Below, piece by piece: positions 28,954 through 38,014 of a DNA stretch of 64,000 nt. Below the pieces are notes generated by a model. It worked only from the letters and a program-made list of their open reading frames with translations. It was not told where the DNA came from and did not search any database. The position numbers and the translations under genes were made by a program. This DNA comes from an uncultured delta proteobacterium. Lineage in GTDB: Bacteria; Myxococcota_A; Polyangia; Polyangiales; Polyangiaceae. Within the stretch, counting starts at the first letter, position 1. Each line of letters starts with the position of its first letter. Where the stretch lies: contig CAWKKR010000004.1 in NCBI GenBank assembly GCA_963850305.1, positions 128,001 through 192,000 on the forward strand, in the 5' to 3' direction.

Positions 28954-30393
28954 TCATCCGGTCGACGCGGCGGAGGCGGGAGACGCGCAGATGAAGCGCC
29001 TCGGACCGGTCACCGCATCCCAGACGAGGAGCTCCCCTTTCGGACGCCCATCCTCCTCGACACAAAGGACGAGGTGGGTGCGCGACGCGGCGACCGCCGG
29101 TCGATCCTGGGCCGCTTCCCCTTCCGCCCACGCGCCCAGGTTCACATAGGTGGAGTCCGTGCCCGCGGCAGTCCTGACTTCCGGAAAATGCGTGTGCCCC
29201 ATGACGATGAACGCCGCGGGAAACAATCCTCCGACCAGCGCTGCACGCTCGCGGAGCTCCCGGGTGGGATCGATGGGACGAAACCGAGAGAAGAGCGCGC
29301 AGACCGCCGTGACGGCGATCATCGCCACGGCAGTCAGGATCAGCGCGGGACGAATGTGCGGCATGAGCACGAAGGCGAGCGCGGAAAACACGAAGCAGAG
29401 GAGGCCTAGGAGTACGCGGTCCAGCATCACCGCGAGCAGAAGCGGCCCCAGACTGCGAGTGACCGGCGGCCGCTGCAGGGATGCGAGCGCGCGCAGGGAG
29501 TCGAGCTTCAGGTTCAGGAGAGCGGCGAGCTCCGTCATGCGTTGCTCGTGCTCGGCCCTGAGCCGTCGCGCACCGTCACCGAAGTGACCTCTCCACGTCA
29601 TGAGCAACTTCCAGACGGCCTGAAAGAACCGTGTGGCGAGATCGAGCGCGCCGCCCAGACCGAGCCGTAACCCGAACGTGATGTAGTCGATCACGCCGGC
29701 ATCCTCGTGACCCGTCTCCAGGAGCCCGCGAGTCGGACGCACGACGTGCCGGAGCAGGATATCCGAAAGCGAGCGCGACGACCGCCGTGGATCCTTCGGG
29801 GAGAGGGGTGTCAGCAGATGTTCGTAGGAGCAGTAGCGATCGTACTGGTGCCCGTGCTCGACGAAGACGAGCCCTTCCTCGTAATAAAACCAGGGGGAAA
29901 AAGTGACGCGCCGTTCGTCGAAGGCGGCATGGGCGCGGAGCTGCCGCAAGAATTCGTCCTGCACGCGGCGCCAGTGAAAGTCAACGTCGTGATTCCCGCG
30001 AACGACGACGATCTCGTTCTGCGCGGCGACGAATTCCGCGAGGCTGCGAAAGACACGGCGATGGCGCGCGGCGACGCAGCGGAGCTTGTAGATGGTGTGA
30101 TCTTCCGCCCCACCCAGACCGAGCGCGAGTTCCTCCGGATCGAGGGGCGTCGAGATCGCCGACGCGGGCGCGGAGACGCTCATGCCGACGAAGTCGACGA
30201 AGTCCCCCGCGATCACGAGACGCCACGGACGACCGGCATGCGGGTGTTCCCGATACCAGTCGAACAGCGCAGAAAGCTCCATGTCGCGCGCGTCGTCCGA
30301 GCCGGTTCGATGAGGGGCGTCGGGTCGAACGCAGTGCACGAGATCACTGCCGAGATGTACGTCAGAGAGTACGAGCAAGTTGTGCGAGGACAC
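28954..30393 (-). CDS. Calcineurin-like metallophosphoesterase with membrane hairpin
   Basis: SDVHLG, GDFVD, GNHD, EHGHQYD, GHTH motifs. Confidence 0.85.
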   Translation of the reverse strand: MSSHNLLVLSDVHLGSDLVHCVRPDAPHRTGSDDARDMELSALFDWYREHPHAGRPWRLVIAGDFVDFVGMSVSAPASAISTPLDPEELALGLGGAEDHTIYKLRCVAARHRRVFRSLAEFVAAQNEIVVVRGNHDVDFHWRRVQDEFLRQLRAHAAFDERRVTFSPWFYYEEGLVFVEHGHQYDRYCSYEHLLTPLSPKDPRRSSRSLSDILLRHVVRPTRGLLETGHEDAGVIDYITFGLRLGLGGALDLATRFFQAVWKLLMTWRGHFGDGARRLRAEHEQRMTELAALLNLKLDSLRALASLQRPPVTRSLGPLLLAVMLDRVLLGLLCFVFSALAFVLMPHIRPALILTAVAMIAVTAVCALFSRFRPIDPTRELRERAALVGGLFPAAFIVMGHTHFPEVRTAAGTDSTYVNLGAWAEGEAAQDRPAVAASRTHLVLCVEEDGRPKGELLVWDAVTGPRRFICASPASAASTG

Positions 30394-30588
30394 GCGAGAC
30401 TCCGTTCGCCATCTAGCTTGGTACCAGGACGGCGCGCGCGCGAGGTGCGACCCGAAGTTTTGCGTGTCTCACCCAGCGGTGTGGCGCCGGGTCGGCAGTC
30501 ACTTGGGCCACCGTCCGATCGTTCGTGTCAGACGGCATCGACCGAACGGAATCGTCTCCCTGGGCGACGCTCGAGTTCGGGAGCCCTT

Positions 30589-30603
30589 TGGCACCCAATT
30601 CGC
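30589..30603 (+). promoter_or_regulatory. Candidate sigma54 promoter
   Basis: TGGCAC-CCAAT-TCGC, with GG-N10-GC spacing. Confidence 0.4.
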
Positions 30604-30675
30604 CCCTGACGCCTCGCGTTGGCACGCGGACCGTGCCGCATTGCGAGGAAGCGCTCGGAGTCCCACATTTGTACG

Positions 30676-30951
30676 GTGCGAGTGCTCCGTCCGTGCGGGG
30701 TATTTATCGTGGCAGCGGCGGCCTCGATCGCGGGCTGCGGCGTCGGTCCAGCCGCTGCCGGCAAGCTGCCCGCTTCCGCCGCGCGAGAAAGCCGGTCAAT
30801 GCGGGTTCGGGAGCCGCCCGTGCTCATCGCGCCGCCCCCTGCTTACGGCGACAAGATAGTGTCGTGTGTCGCCGGGCTGGAGGGCACGGTCGCGTGTTAT
30901 GAGATCGGGGGATGGCCGACTCCAACGCACGCGCCCGATTTCGCCAGATGA
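30676..30951 (+). CDS. Small putative lipoprotein
   Basis: GTG start, hydrophobic stretch, lipobox IAGC, PPVLIAPPPAYGDKIV. Its 3' end overlaps the HD gene start. Confidence 0.45.
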   Translation: MRVLRPCGVFIVAAAASIAGCGVGPAAAGKLPASAARESRSMRVREPPVLIAPPPAYGDKIVSCVAGLEGTVACYEIGGWPTPTHAPDFAR

Positions 30952-31490
30952 TCGACGGCACTCCCGACGAATGGATGATCGTCGGAGCCAGCGCCGTCCG
31001 CTACAACCGCGAACTGCCGGAGCGAGTCCTGTCGCACTTGCGGCTGCTCGAGACGGACTTCGGTGGGTATGCAGTGACGCGGCTAGACCACGTCCTTCAG
31101 ACCGCAACCCGCGCGCACCGCGACGGCCGGGACGAGGAATACGTCGTCTGTGCGCTCTTGCACGACATCGGCGACACGCTCGGCTCGTTCAACCACGCCG
31201 ACATCGCGGCCGCGATCTTGAAGCCGTTCATCTCCGAGCAGAACCTCTTCATGGTCGAGAAGCACGCCATCTTTCAGGGCTACTACTTCTTCGAGCACCT
31301 CGGCCTGGACAAGAACCTGCGCGAACGATACCGGACCCATCCCCTTTTCGATTACACGGCCGAGTTCTGCGAGAAGTACAATCAGAACTCCTTCGACCCC
31401 GACTATCCGTCGATGAAGCTCGCGGACTTCGAGCCGATGGTGAAGCGAGTGTTACAGCGCCCCGTGCGCTCGATCTACCTGCGGTCCTGA
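30912..31490 (+). CDS. HD-domain protein (PhnZ/TmpB-like branch)
   Basis: DHVLQTA, ALLHDIGD, NH, KH..FQGYY. Confidence 0.88.
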   Translation: MADSNARARFRQMIDGTPDEWMIVGASAVRYNRELPERVLSHLRLLETDFGGYAVTRLDHVLQTATRAHRDGRDEEYVVCALLHDIGDTLGSFNHADIAAAILKPFISEQNLFMVEKHAIFQGYYFFEHLGLDKNLRERYRTHPLFDYTAEFCEKYNQNSFDPDYPSMKLADFEPMVKRVLQRPVRSIYLRS

Positions 31491-31499
31491 CCGCGACCG

Positions 31500-32708
31500 C
31501 TATTGCACTTGCGGGGAGACGCCTCGCGCGAACATCTCGAGCCGCACCCACTGAGTGCCGCCACGGTTGTCGTGCGCGACTGCCCAGACGTGGAACGGGC
31601 CTGGGACCTGGGGCGTGAACAGGGTCGCCGCGTGATCCGGATTCCAGCCGTTCGCCCCCTGGCTGCCGTCGTTCAGGAGCTTCACGTCGTGCTGTATCTT
31701 GCCCTGGTCGGCATAGTAGTTGATCCACATCTGCTCGTACGCGACGCCTCCTCCGGAGGCCTCGACCGCCGTGTCCTGTTCGGCGCTCTTCGGATCGACG
31801 ACCATCTCGATCGAGATCTGCGGGCAGTCACCCTGGTTCGACGCCGTGCACACGTCGACGCAGGCGCCCGCGCCCGGGGCGCATTGAGCGGGCGAAGGCG
31901 TCGGTGAGGGTGCCGAGGGTCCGGCGTCGGCGGCGCCTGCGCTCGTCCCCCCGTCGAGATCGCCCGCGTCGCCGCCCGCGTCGGGCGCGCCCGCATCCGC
32001 GGAGACACCTTCGGCTTGCCTGAGCTGCGCTTGCTCGAGCGCAACGCAGTCGTTCCCGATGCACTCGGGCACCACGGGTTGCCCGTTCACCTGGAAACCG
32101 GTGACGATCGGATTCTGGTTCGTCAACGTCTGGTACGCGAACACCTCGGTGTAACCGACGACGAAATCGTCCGCGCCGAGCGCTGCGCCGGTCTTCGAAT
32201 AGCAGGCGAAAGGGAACGTCGGCGTGCTGCCGGACTGCGGCAAGAACCCGAGGTGATCGCCCGCGCAGGCCGCGAAGAACACGAACGAAACCCCGTACGG
32301 GATTTCCTTCGGGTTGGTGGGCCGTGGGCGGCTCGAAATGATGCTCGGCGGAAGAGTGTACGAAAACACGGGTCCGAGATCCGGCAGCGCGAGCGAGGGG
32401 CTCAGCGTCGGCAATGGCCCCGCGTCCTTGGCACCGGACGCGAGCTCCGTAAAACACCCGGCGTAGATGTCGCCCGGGGGATTCGTGCAGCCCGCGAACC
32501 ACGCGATGTGAATCGGACGCGGCGCCGTGGGCGCTCCGTCCGCAAACAACATACGCAGCGTCACCGTGTCGCCCGGCTTCGCGTAGGGCTTGTCCTTCTG
32601 CACGGCGAGGATCCGGAGCGAATTGATCTGGCTCGGCGGCTCGAACCCCGCCGCGCACCCGGCAACCACGGCCATCGACACGACCCACGCCAGCGCACGT
32701 CGGGACAT
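31500..32708 (-). CDS. Myxobacterial lipoprotein downstream of a TBDR
   Basis: Lipobox VAGC, LRILAVQKDKPYAKPG, C-terminal WAVAHDNRGGTQW. Confidence 0.8.
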   Translation of the reverse strand: MSRRALAWVVSMAVVAGCAAGFEPPSQINSLRILAVQKDKPYAKPGDTVTLRMLFADGAPTAPRPIHIAWFAGCTNPPGDIYAGCFTELASGAKDAGPLPTLSPSLALPDLGPVFSYTLPPSIISSRPRPTNPKEIPYGVSFVFFAACAGDHLGFLPQSGSTPTFPFACYSKTGAALGADDFVVGYTEVFAYQTLTNQNPIVTGFQVNGQPVVPECIGNDCVALEQAQLRQAEGVSADAGAPDAGGDAGDLDGGTSAGAADAGPSAPSPTPSPAQCAPGAGACVDVCTASNQGDCPQISIEMVVDPKSAEQDTAVEASGGGVAYEQMWINYYADQGKIQHDVKLLNDGSQGANGWNPDHAATLFTPQVPGPFHVWAVAHDNRGGTQWVRLEMFARGVSPQVQ

Positions 32709-32710
32709 CG

Positions 32711-35479
32711 CTAAATCTCCCCCCGCAGGCCGAGGCTCGGGATGATGGGGAGCCCGGTCTGGTAGCTGTTCAGCGTGTAATTGTAGTTATAGCTGACGGC
32801 TTCACGCGCGGCGTAATTGTAAACGTTCTCGACGTCCAGGTAGGCGGATAGCCGCCACGTCCGAAACTGCCACGTCTTGTCGACGCGGATGTCCAGCTGG
32901 TGAAAGAGCGGCAGGCGCTGACTGAACGGCCTGCCTTCGATCGCCGTGTAGGTCGCTGCGTCCGCGGCATAGAGCGCGGCCAGCGCCGGGGATTGAGCGA
33001 CGGGCGTCGCGAGATTGCCGGAGATGATCCGGAACCTTGCGCCGAACTCCCAGCCGCGGCCAAGACGATAGCTTCCGAGGACCGTCAGGTTGTGCGTCTG
33101 ATCGTACTGGAACAGGTACTCGGGGCTCCCGGGACGATCCTGACGGATGCTCCGGGAGAGCGTGTACGCGATCCACCCGAAGAACCGATCGTCGGGCTTG
33201 TACTTGATCAAGGTTTCCATCCCGACCACGTACCCGGTACCGGCGTTGTCGTACTTGAACAGGGACGACAACGCGGTCTCCTGCGACACGAGGTTCGTCA
33301 GGCTCTTGTAGTATCCCTCGAGGCTCATTTCGATGTGGTGAGTGAACTCCTGCTCGATCCCGATCGAATAGTGCACGGAGCGGTTCGACAGAAGCCCGGG
33401 CGTACCGAAGACCGTGTTCGTCTCCTGTGGCTGCGGCGGCTGGTAGAAGAGGCCGACGCCGCCCTTGATCGTCGTGCGGAGGTGTCGCTCCTCGACCGGA
33501 AGATCTTCTTCGGCACGACCGCCGACGATGTCGTATCGACCATTGATACGCGGACTCCAGTCCGTGTGCCCGGTATCGCGCGCGTAATCGACGCGCAACC
33601 CCGGCACGATCTGCGCGCGCCGCGACGGTTGATATTCCGCTTCCGCGTACCAGGCAGGCCGGAAGAGCGTCGCCGTCTCGCTGGTGGTCTGAATGGGCCG
33701 TGTGGTCAGCGGCCCTGGGTCCGCCTCTCCGGGCTGAGGCGCCGAGGGACCCCTGAAGTACACCGTGTAAGGGTCGATGGTGAAGTCGAGCCCCGCGTGA
33801 AGCTTGAGCCCGCGCGCGAGTTTGAAGCCGAACTCGCTCCTCGCCGAAATGACCGTCTGATCGAGCGTGAACTTCAGCGGCCCGAAGCCGAAGTCGACTC
33901 CGTTGTGCCCGATGGCGAGCATCGACGTGAAATCCACGCTCCGGGAGAGGTCGGACTTGTACAGGGCCTGCGCGCGATAAAAACTGGTGCCGAACGTCAG
34001 GTTCCCGCCGAAGCCCGGGTCCTCCGCGAACGGATCGGTGACGATGAGCTTGAGCCCGTCACTCGAGCCGAAGAAACGCAAGCTCAGGCTCGACGTCGGT
34101 GTCGGCTTCGTGTCGGCGATGAGCTGATAGTCGTAATAGACCGGCGCGGACGTCACTCCCGCGCCCGCGTCCTGGAGCACGGGCTTCAACCAGACGTCTA
34201 CCCAGCTTCGCCGGCCCGCCGCGGCGAACGTCCAGTTTCCGGCCTGCCCTTGCACGAGAGCGCGCGTGTCGATCAGATCCGCCTGCGCCATCGCGTGGAA
34301 GCAGCCGGTCTTGTTCGTTGCCTTGCCGTAGTCCCCTTCGCAGTGCGTGTCCGGCTCGCGGAGCGCGATATCGACGATGCCGCCCATCGCCTGGCCGTAC
34401 TGCGCGCTGAAGTTGCCGGGATAAAAGTCGATGCGATCGAGGAGCTCCGTCGGGATCGCGCTCGAGAGACCGCCGAAGTGATAGATGAGCGGCACCGCCG
34501 CGCCATCGACGAAGATCTGCGTATCTTCCGGCGCGCTCCCGCGAACGATCAGCAGACCGGCAAAGCCCGGCGGCCGCGCCACGCCGGGAAGACTCTGGAT
34601 CGAACGGAGCGCGTCGCCGGACGTTCCCGGTATGCGTTCCATCTCGCGCTGCTCGATGGTGTAGCGGGTGACCTCGCGTGGCGGCCGCGTGCCTCGGACC
34701 GTGACCTCGATGCCCTTCGTTTCCGGCGCGAGCCGGTACGTGACGTCCGTCGCTTCACCCGCCACGACCTGTTCCGTCGCGTCGAGCGCCGCGAACCCCG
34801 CGGCCGTGACGTGGACCTTGTACGCACCCGGGGGAAGACCCTCGAGAGACCATTTACCCTGTGCGTCCGCGGCCGCGTGACGGGGCACGCCGTCGGGCCC
34901 CGTTGCCACGATCTCGGCGCCGGCGAGCGGCGTCTCGGCCGCCGTCATACGGATCAGACCACCCAGGTTGCCGGTCGTCGGCGGAGGCGGCGGCTTCTCC
35001 GGTGCCGGCGGCGGCGACAGCGTGAACGAGTACCGGTAAGGGATCCTGACGGGGATGGGCTGCCCGTCGCGCGTCGCTGGCGAGAACTCGAAGCCCATGG
35101 CCGCGGCCTGCGCCGCCTCGTCGAACCCGTGCCCGGCAGGCTGCACCACCGCCGCCTTCGTCACCTTCCCGGTGCGATCGATGTCGAGATGGAGGATGAC
35201 CTGCGCCGTGAGCCCGGCGGCCCTGGCTTCCGCGGGGTACGTCGCCTCCACGAACTTCGTCTGCTTCGGCATGACGATCTGCGGCGCCGGCACGGCCGGA
35301 CCCGGTGGGGCGGTTCGGATGGCGGCACCGGAAGCCCCATGAGGGATCGCGCCTTCGGCGGACGGACTGTCCGGGCTCTCTTGAGCCATTGCGCCGGCGG
35401 CAAGGGAGGCCACCGTCGCTCCGGCGAGGAGAGCCGAACCACGCCGCCGTGCACGGCCCATCGATCCGCGAAGCGACAT
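32711..35479 (-). CDS. TonB C-terminal domain + carboxypeptidase-regulatory-like domain + TonB-dependent receptor fusion
   Basis: YPAEAR...GFDEAA...FSPA (TonB_C); plug SLPGVA...IVRGS...IDFYPGNFSAQYG; barrel ending LGLRGEI. Confidence 0.9.
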   Translation of the reverse strand: MSLRGSMGRARRRGSALLAGATVASLAAGAMAQESPDSPSAEGAIPHGASGAAIRTAPPGPAVPAPQIVMPKQTKFVEATYPAEARAAGLTAQVILHLDIDRTGKVTKAAVVQPAGHGFDEAAQAAAMGFEFSPATRDGQPIPVRIPYRYSFTLSPPPAPEKPPPPPTTGNLGGLIRMTAAETPLAGAEIVATGPDGVPRHAAADAQGKWSLEGLPPGAYKVHVTAAGFAALDATEQVVAGEATDVTYRLAPETKGIEVTVRGTRPPREVTRYTIEQREMERIPGTSGDALRSIQSLPGVARPPGFAGLLIVRGSAPEDTQIFVDGAAVPLIYHFGGLSSAIPTELLDRIDFYPGNFSAQYGQAMGGIVDIALREPDTHCEGDYGKATNKTGCFHAMAQADLIDTRALVQGQAGNWTFAAAGRRSWVDVWLKPVLQDAGAGVTSAPVYYDYQLIADTKPTPTSSLSLRFFGSSDGLKLIVTDPFAEDPGFGGNLTFGTSFYRAQALYKSDLSRSVDFTSMLAIGHNGVDFGFGPLKFTLDQTVISARSEFGFKLARGLKLHAGLDFTIDPYTVYFRGPSAPQPGEADPGPLTTRPIQTTSETATLFRPAWYAEAEYQPSRRAQIVPGLRVDYARDTGHTDWSPRINGRYDIVGGRAEEDLPVEERHLRTTIKGGVGLFYQPPQPQETNTVFGTPGLLSNRSVHYSIGIEQEFTHHIEMSLEGYYKSLTNLVSQETALSSLFKYDNAGTGYVVGMETLIKYKPDDRFFGWIAYTLSRSIRQDRPGSPEYLFQYDQTHNLTVLGSYRLGRGWEFGARFRIISGNLATPVAQSPALAALYAADAATYTAIEGRPFSQRLPLFHQLDIRVDKTWQFRTWRLSAYLDVENVYNYAAREAVSYNYNYTLNSYQTGLPIIPSLGLRGEI

Positions 35480-35797
35480 CTCGGCGACCTTCGTCTACAG
35501 GGATGCGGCCGGAATGACAACACCCGTGTCGCCGACGTCTCGCCGGGCGCGAAAACCGCAGGGGAGCCTCCAGCTTTCGCGGCGCGTAATCCGCCAGTAG
35601 CAAGCTCGTCGGGGAGACGAACCTCGGCCTCGTGAGCGTAGAATGACGGCTCTGGCCCGATCGTGAAGGGCCGGGCATGGGTCGCCGCCAGCGATCTCGA
35701 TCTCGGCGGCGGGCTCGCGTGTCGGAGATCGCTCGACCGCGCGGACCGCAAACCCTAATAACCTTCGCCAGCGTCACAACACCGGAGAGCTGGAGAG

Positions 35798-36191
35798 ATG
35801 CTGGGCTATGACAAGGTGGGTTCCGGCGCGCTCGGTGTCGTGGCCCTGAACGACTGGATGTGCGACACGTCCACCTGGGACGGCGCGCGCACGTATCTCG
35901 ACGGAAATGCTTTCACCTGGGCCTTCGCCGACCTGCGCGGCTATGGGCGGTCGAAACATCTGCGCGGCAACTTCGACGTGGTCGACGGCGAAGATCGCCG
36001 TCCCCGTGCTCGCCGTCACCGGCGAGAAAGACGCCGAGCCCATGCGAAGCGCGGCCGTGACGAACGGCCTCTCGCCGCTGTGCGAGCACCTCGTCGTGAC
36101 GCCGCTCGCCGACTGCGGCCACTACCCGATGCAGGAAGCGCCCCCGCTCCTCGTCACGATCGTCGAGCGGTTTCTGCTCGGTGACGGGTGA
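35798..36191 (+). pseudogene. Alpha/beta hydrolase remnant with internal deletion
   Basis: The N-part (ADLRGYGRS) and C-part (PVLAVTGEKD...CGHYPMQEAP) sit in different frames, and the nucleophile region is absent. Confidence 0.75.
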
Positions 36192-36256
36192 TCGTTCGGC
36201 GCCGACCGTGATGGGATCGGCAGGGGGGAGCGGCCGGTATATCCTGCTAACCTCTG

Positions 36257-37084
36257 ATGAAGACGGGCGAGGCCAGCCGGACGGCGCTGATCACCGCAGC
36301 AGCGCGGGCTCGCGCGAGCTCTGGGCCTGGAGCGCTCTGCGATGACCCATGGGCCTTCGCGCTCGCGGGCGCCGAGGGTCGCGACCTCGAAGAGGCGATT
36401 CATCGCGTGCGGCCGGCGCTCTCTCTTTACGTGGCGGTGCGCACGGCATTCGTGGACGCACAGGTGCGCCGTTTCACCGGGCCGCCAACGAGCTTCGAAC
36501 AGGTCGTGCTCCTCGGAGCGGGTCTCGACACGCGTGCCGCGCGCCTCGCAGCGCGGAGTGTGCGCTTCTTCGAGGTGGACCACCGTGCCACGCAGTTCGA
36601 CAAGCGCGAGCGCCTCCTCTCGCTCGCCGGGTATCCCGAGGATGCCGCGACCTTCGTCGAGTGCGACTTCGGGACGGAAGGGTTTCTGGACAAGCTCGTC
36701 GCGCGGGGCTTCGACGCCGCTCGCCCGGCGGTGATCGTCTGGGAGGGCGTGACGATGTACCTCGATGAGGCCGGGATCCGTGGGACCCTCAGGACGATCG
36801 CAACCGCCTGCGCCCCGCGCACCGTCTTGCTCTTCGATCATCTGCCCAGCTTCCCGCCGGAGGCTGCCGGCGACCCGCGTCACGTCTTCCTGGCTCGCCT
36901 TGGCGAGACGCTTCGATGGGGCACCGACGATGCCTTGCCGATGCTCCACGAAGAGGGCTTCCGTCACGTGCAGAGCCTCACGTTCGACGAACTGTCCCTC
37001 GCCTACACCGGCACGTACGATGGGACACGCGGGTTCCACTCGCGCCGCATGGTCGTCGCGAGCCGCGCCACGCCGGTGTTCTGA
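36257..37084 (+). CDS. Class I SAM-dependent methyltransferase (LCM/YktD-type)
   Basis: RTAFVD, QVVLLGAGLDTRA, FEVD, WEGVTMYL. Confidence 0.9.
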   Translation: MKTGEASRTALITAAARARASSGPGALCDDPWAFALAGAEGRDLEEAIHRVRPALSLYVAVRTAFVDAQVRRFTGPPTSFEQVVLLGAGLDTRAARLAARSVRFFEVDHRATQFDKRERLLSLAGYPEDAATFVECDFGTEGFLDKLVARGFDAARPAVIVWEGVTMYLDEAGIRGTLRTIATACAPRTVLLFDHLPSFPPEAAGDPRHVFLARLGETLRWGTDDALPMLHEEGFRHVQSLTFDELSLAYTGTYDGTRGFHSRRMVVASRATPVF

Positions 37085-37138
37085 GAATTGCGCCGCCACC
37101 GGAGTTGCTCGACGAGCCCGGCTCGATCGACGAGTCTT

Positions 37139-37729
37139 TCAGCCGGCGCCCGTGGCTCCCCCGGTCGGCTCCGCGGCGCGGCTCGCCGCCACGGCTTTGG
37201 TCATCGCGTACTCCCGGATATCCTTCGGCCACTTTCGGACGAGGGCTTCGAACCGCGCGACGTCCCCATTGAACAGTGCTCGGGTCGCTTCTTCGTAGTG
37301 AGGGCGGTCCCCGGCCATGCTCGTGAGAAACCGGCTGAGCGCGCCGCGGATCCGAAGGGCCCGCTCCTTCGGCGGCTCGTCACGGGAGGCTTGCTCCACG
37401 AGACGGCGGAGCGTGCCCGACAGCCCGCTCGCTTGCCGCTCCAGCCATTCCCAGTGACGCGGGAGCAAGGACACTTCGCGGCTCGTGACCCCCAGCTTTG
37501 GGCGGCCAGGGCCCCGTGGGGGCGAGGGCGCCGCTCGTGCGAGCACATCCTCGATGGACCCGCGGAGATTGAAATCGCACTGCTCGCCCGTGAGGTCGTC
37601 GAACACCAGAACGGGCTCCGACTCTTCCCGGTCGAATCGTCCCTTGAGCACGCGAAGCACTGCCTGGAGATCGCCGCCCGCCACCCGGCGAGAGCCGGCG
37701 AATGCCGTGTAAGTCGTCTGGTCAGTCAT
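37139..37729 (-). CDS. DUF2239 family protein
   Basis: YTAFAG, FDDLTGEQCDFNLRG, RGPGRPKLGVTSREVSLLPRHWEWL, MAGDRPHYEEATRALF. Confidence 0.9.
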   Translation of the reverse strand: MTDQTTYTAFAGSRRVAGGDLQAVLRVLKGRFDREESEPVLVFDDLTGEQCDFNLRGSIEDVLARAAPSPPRGPGRPKLGVTSREVSLLPRHWEWLERQASGLSGTLRRLVEQASRDEPPKERALRIRGALSRFLTSMAGDRPHYEEATRALFNGDVARFEALVRKWPKDIREYAMTKAVAASRAAEPTGGATGAG

Positions 37730-37736
37730 GTCCGGC

Positions 37737-37781
37737 GTTTTACCCGGGTAAATCAGGCCCGTCAATATCTCCCGGGTAAAA
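37737..37781 (-). promoter_or_regulatory. Sigma70-type promoter overlapped by two palindromic operators
   Basis: Minus strand TTGACG-17 nt-TAAAAC-7 nt-ATG. Perfect palindrome TTTACCCGGGTAAA at 37739-37752 and an imperfect copy centred on CCCGGG 37771-37776. Confidence 0.7.
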
Positions 37782-37880
37782 CTTTCGAGGGCACACCCCG
37801 CCTCGAGGAGGGCTAGTCGGCCAAGAAAAGTCTCAAGGACATCCGCGATCGCAGTGACGCGCGCGCTATGCTCGGTCCCG

Positions 37881-37994
37881 ATGAGCGCCATGGCTCGCAG
37901 CATCGATGATCTGCTGGCGCGGCTCGCCACGCTGCCGGCGAACGTGACGGGCGAGAGCATCGACGGGGAACTCCGGTCTCGTGCGGGGGATTGA
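37881..37994 (+). pseudogene. 37-aa remnant resembling the N-terminus of a Uma2 family endonuclease
   Basis: MSAMARSIDDLLARLATLPANVTGESIDGEL matches the LP...GE(I)IDGEL start of Uma2 proteins, then stops. Confidence 0.5.
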
Positions 37995-38014
37995 AAGGCG
38001 AAGACGAGGGCTCC

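Noticed and set aside
32900..35635. 911-aa + strand ORF
   Set aside because: Antisense shadow of the TonB-dependent receptor, typical of high-GC codon bias.
35480..35797. Possible cobalamin riboswitch upstream of the TBDR
   Set aside because: No B12-box or GCCACTG/GGGAAG core found on the minus strand.
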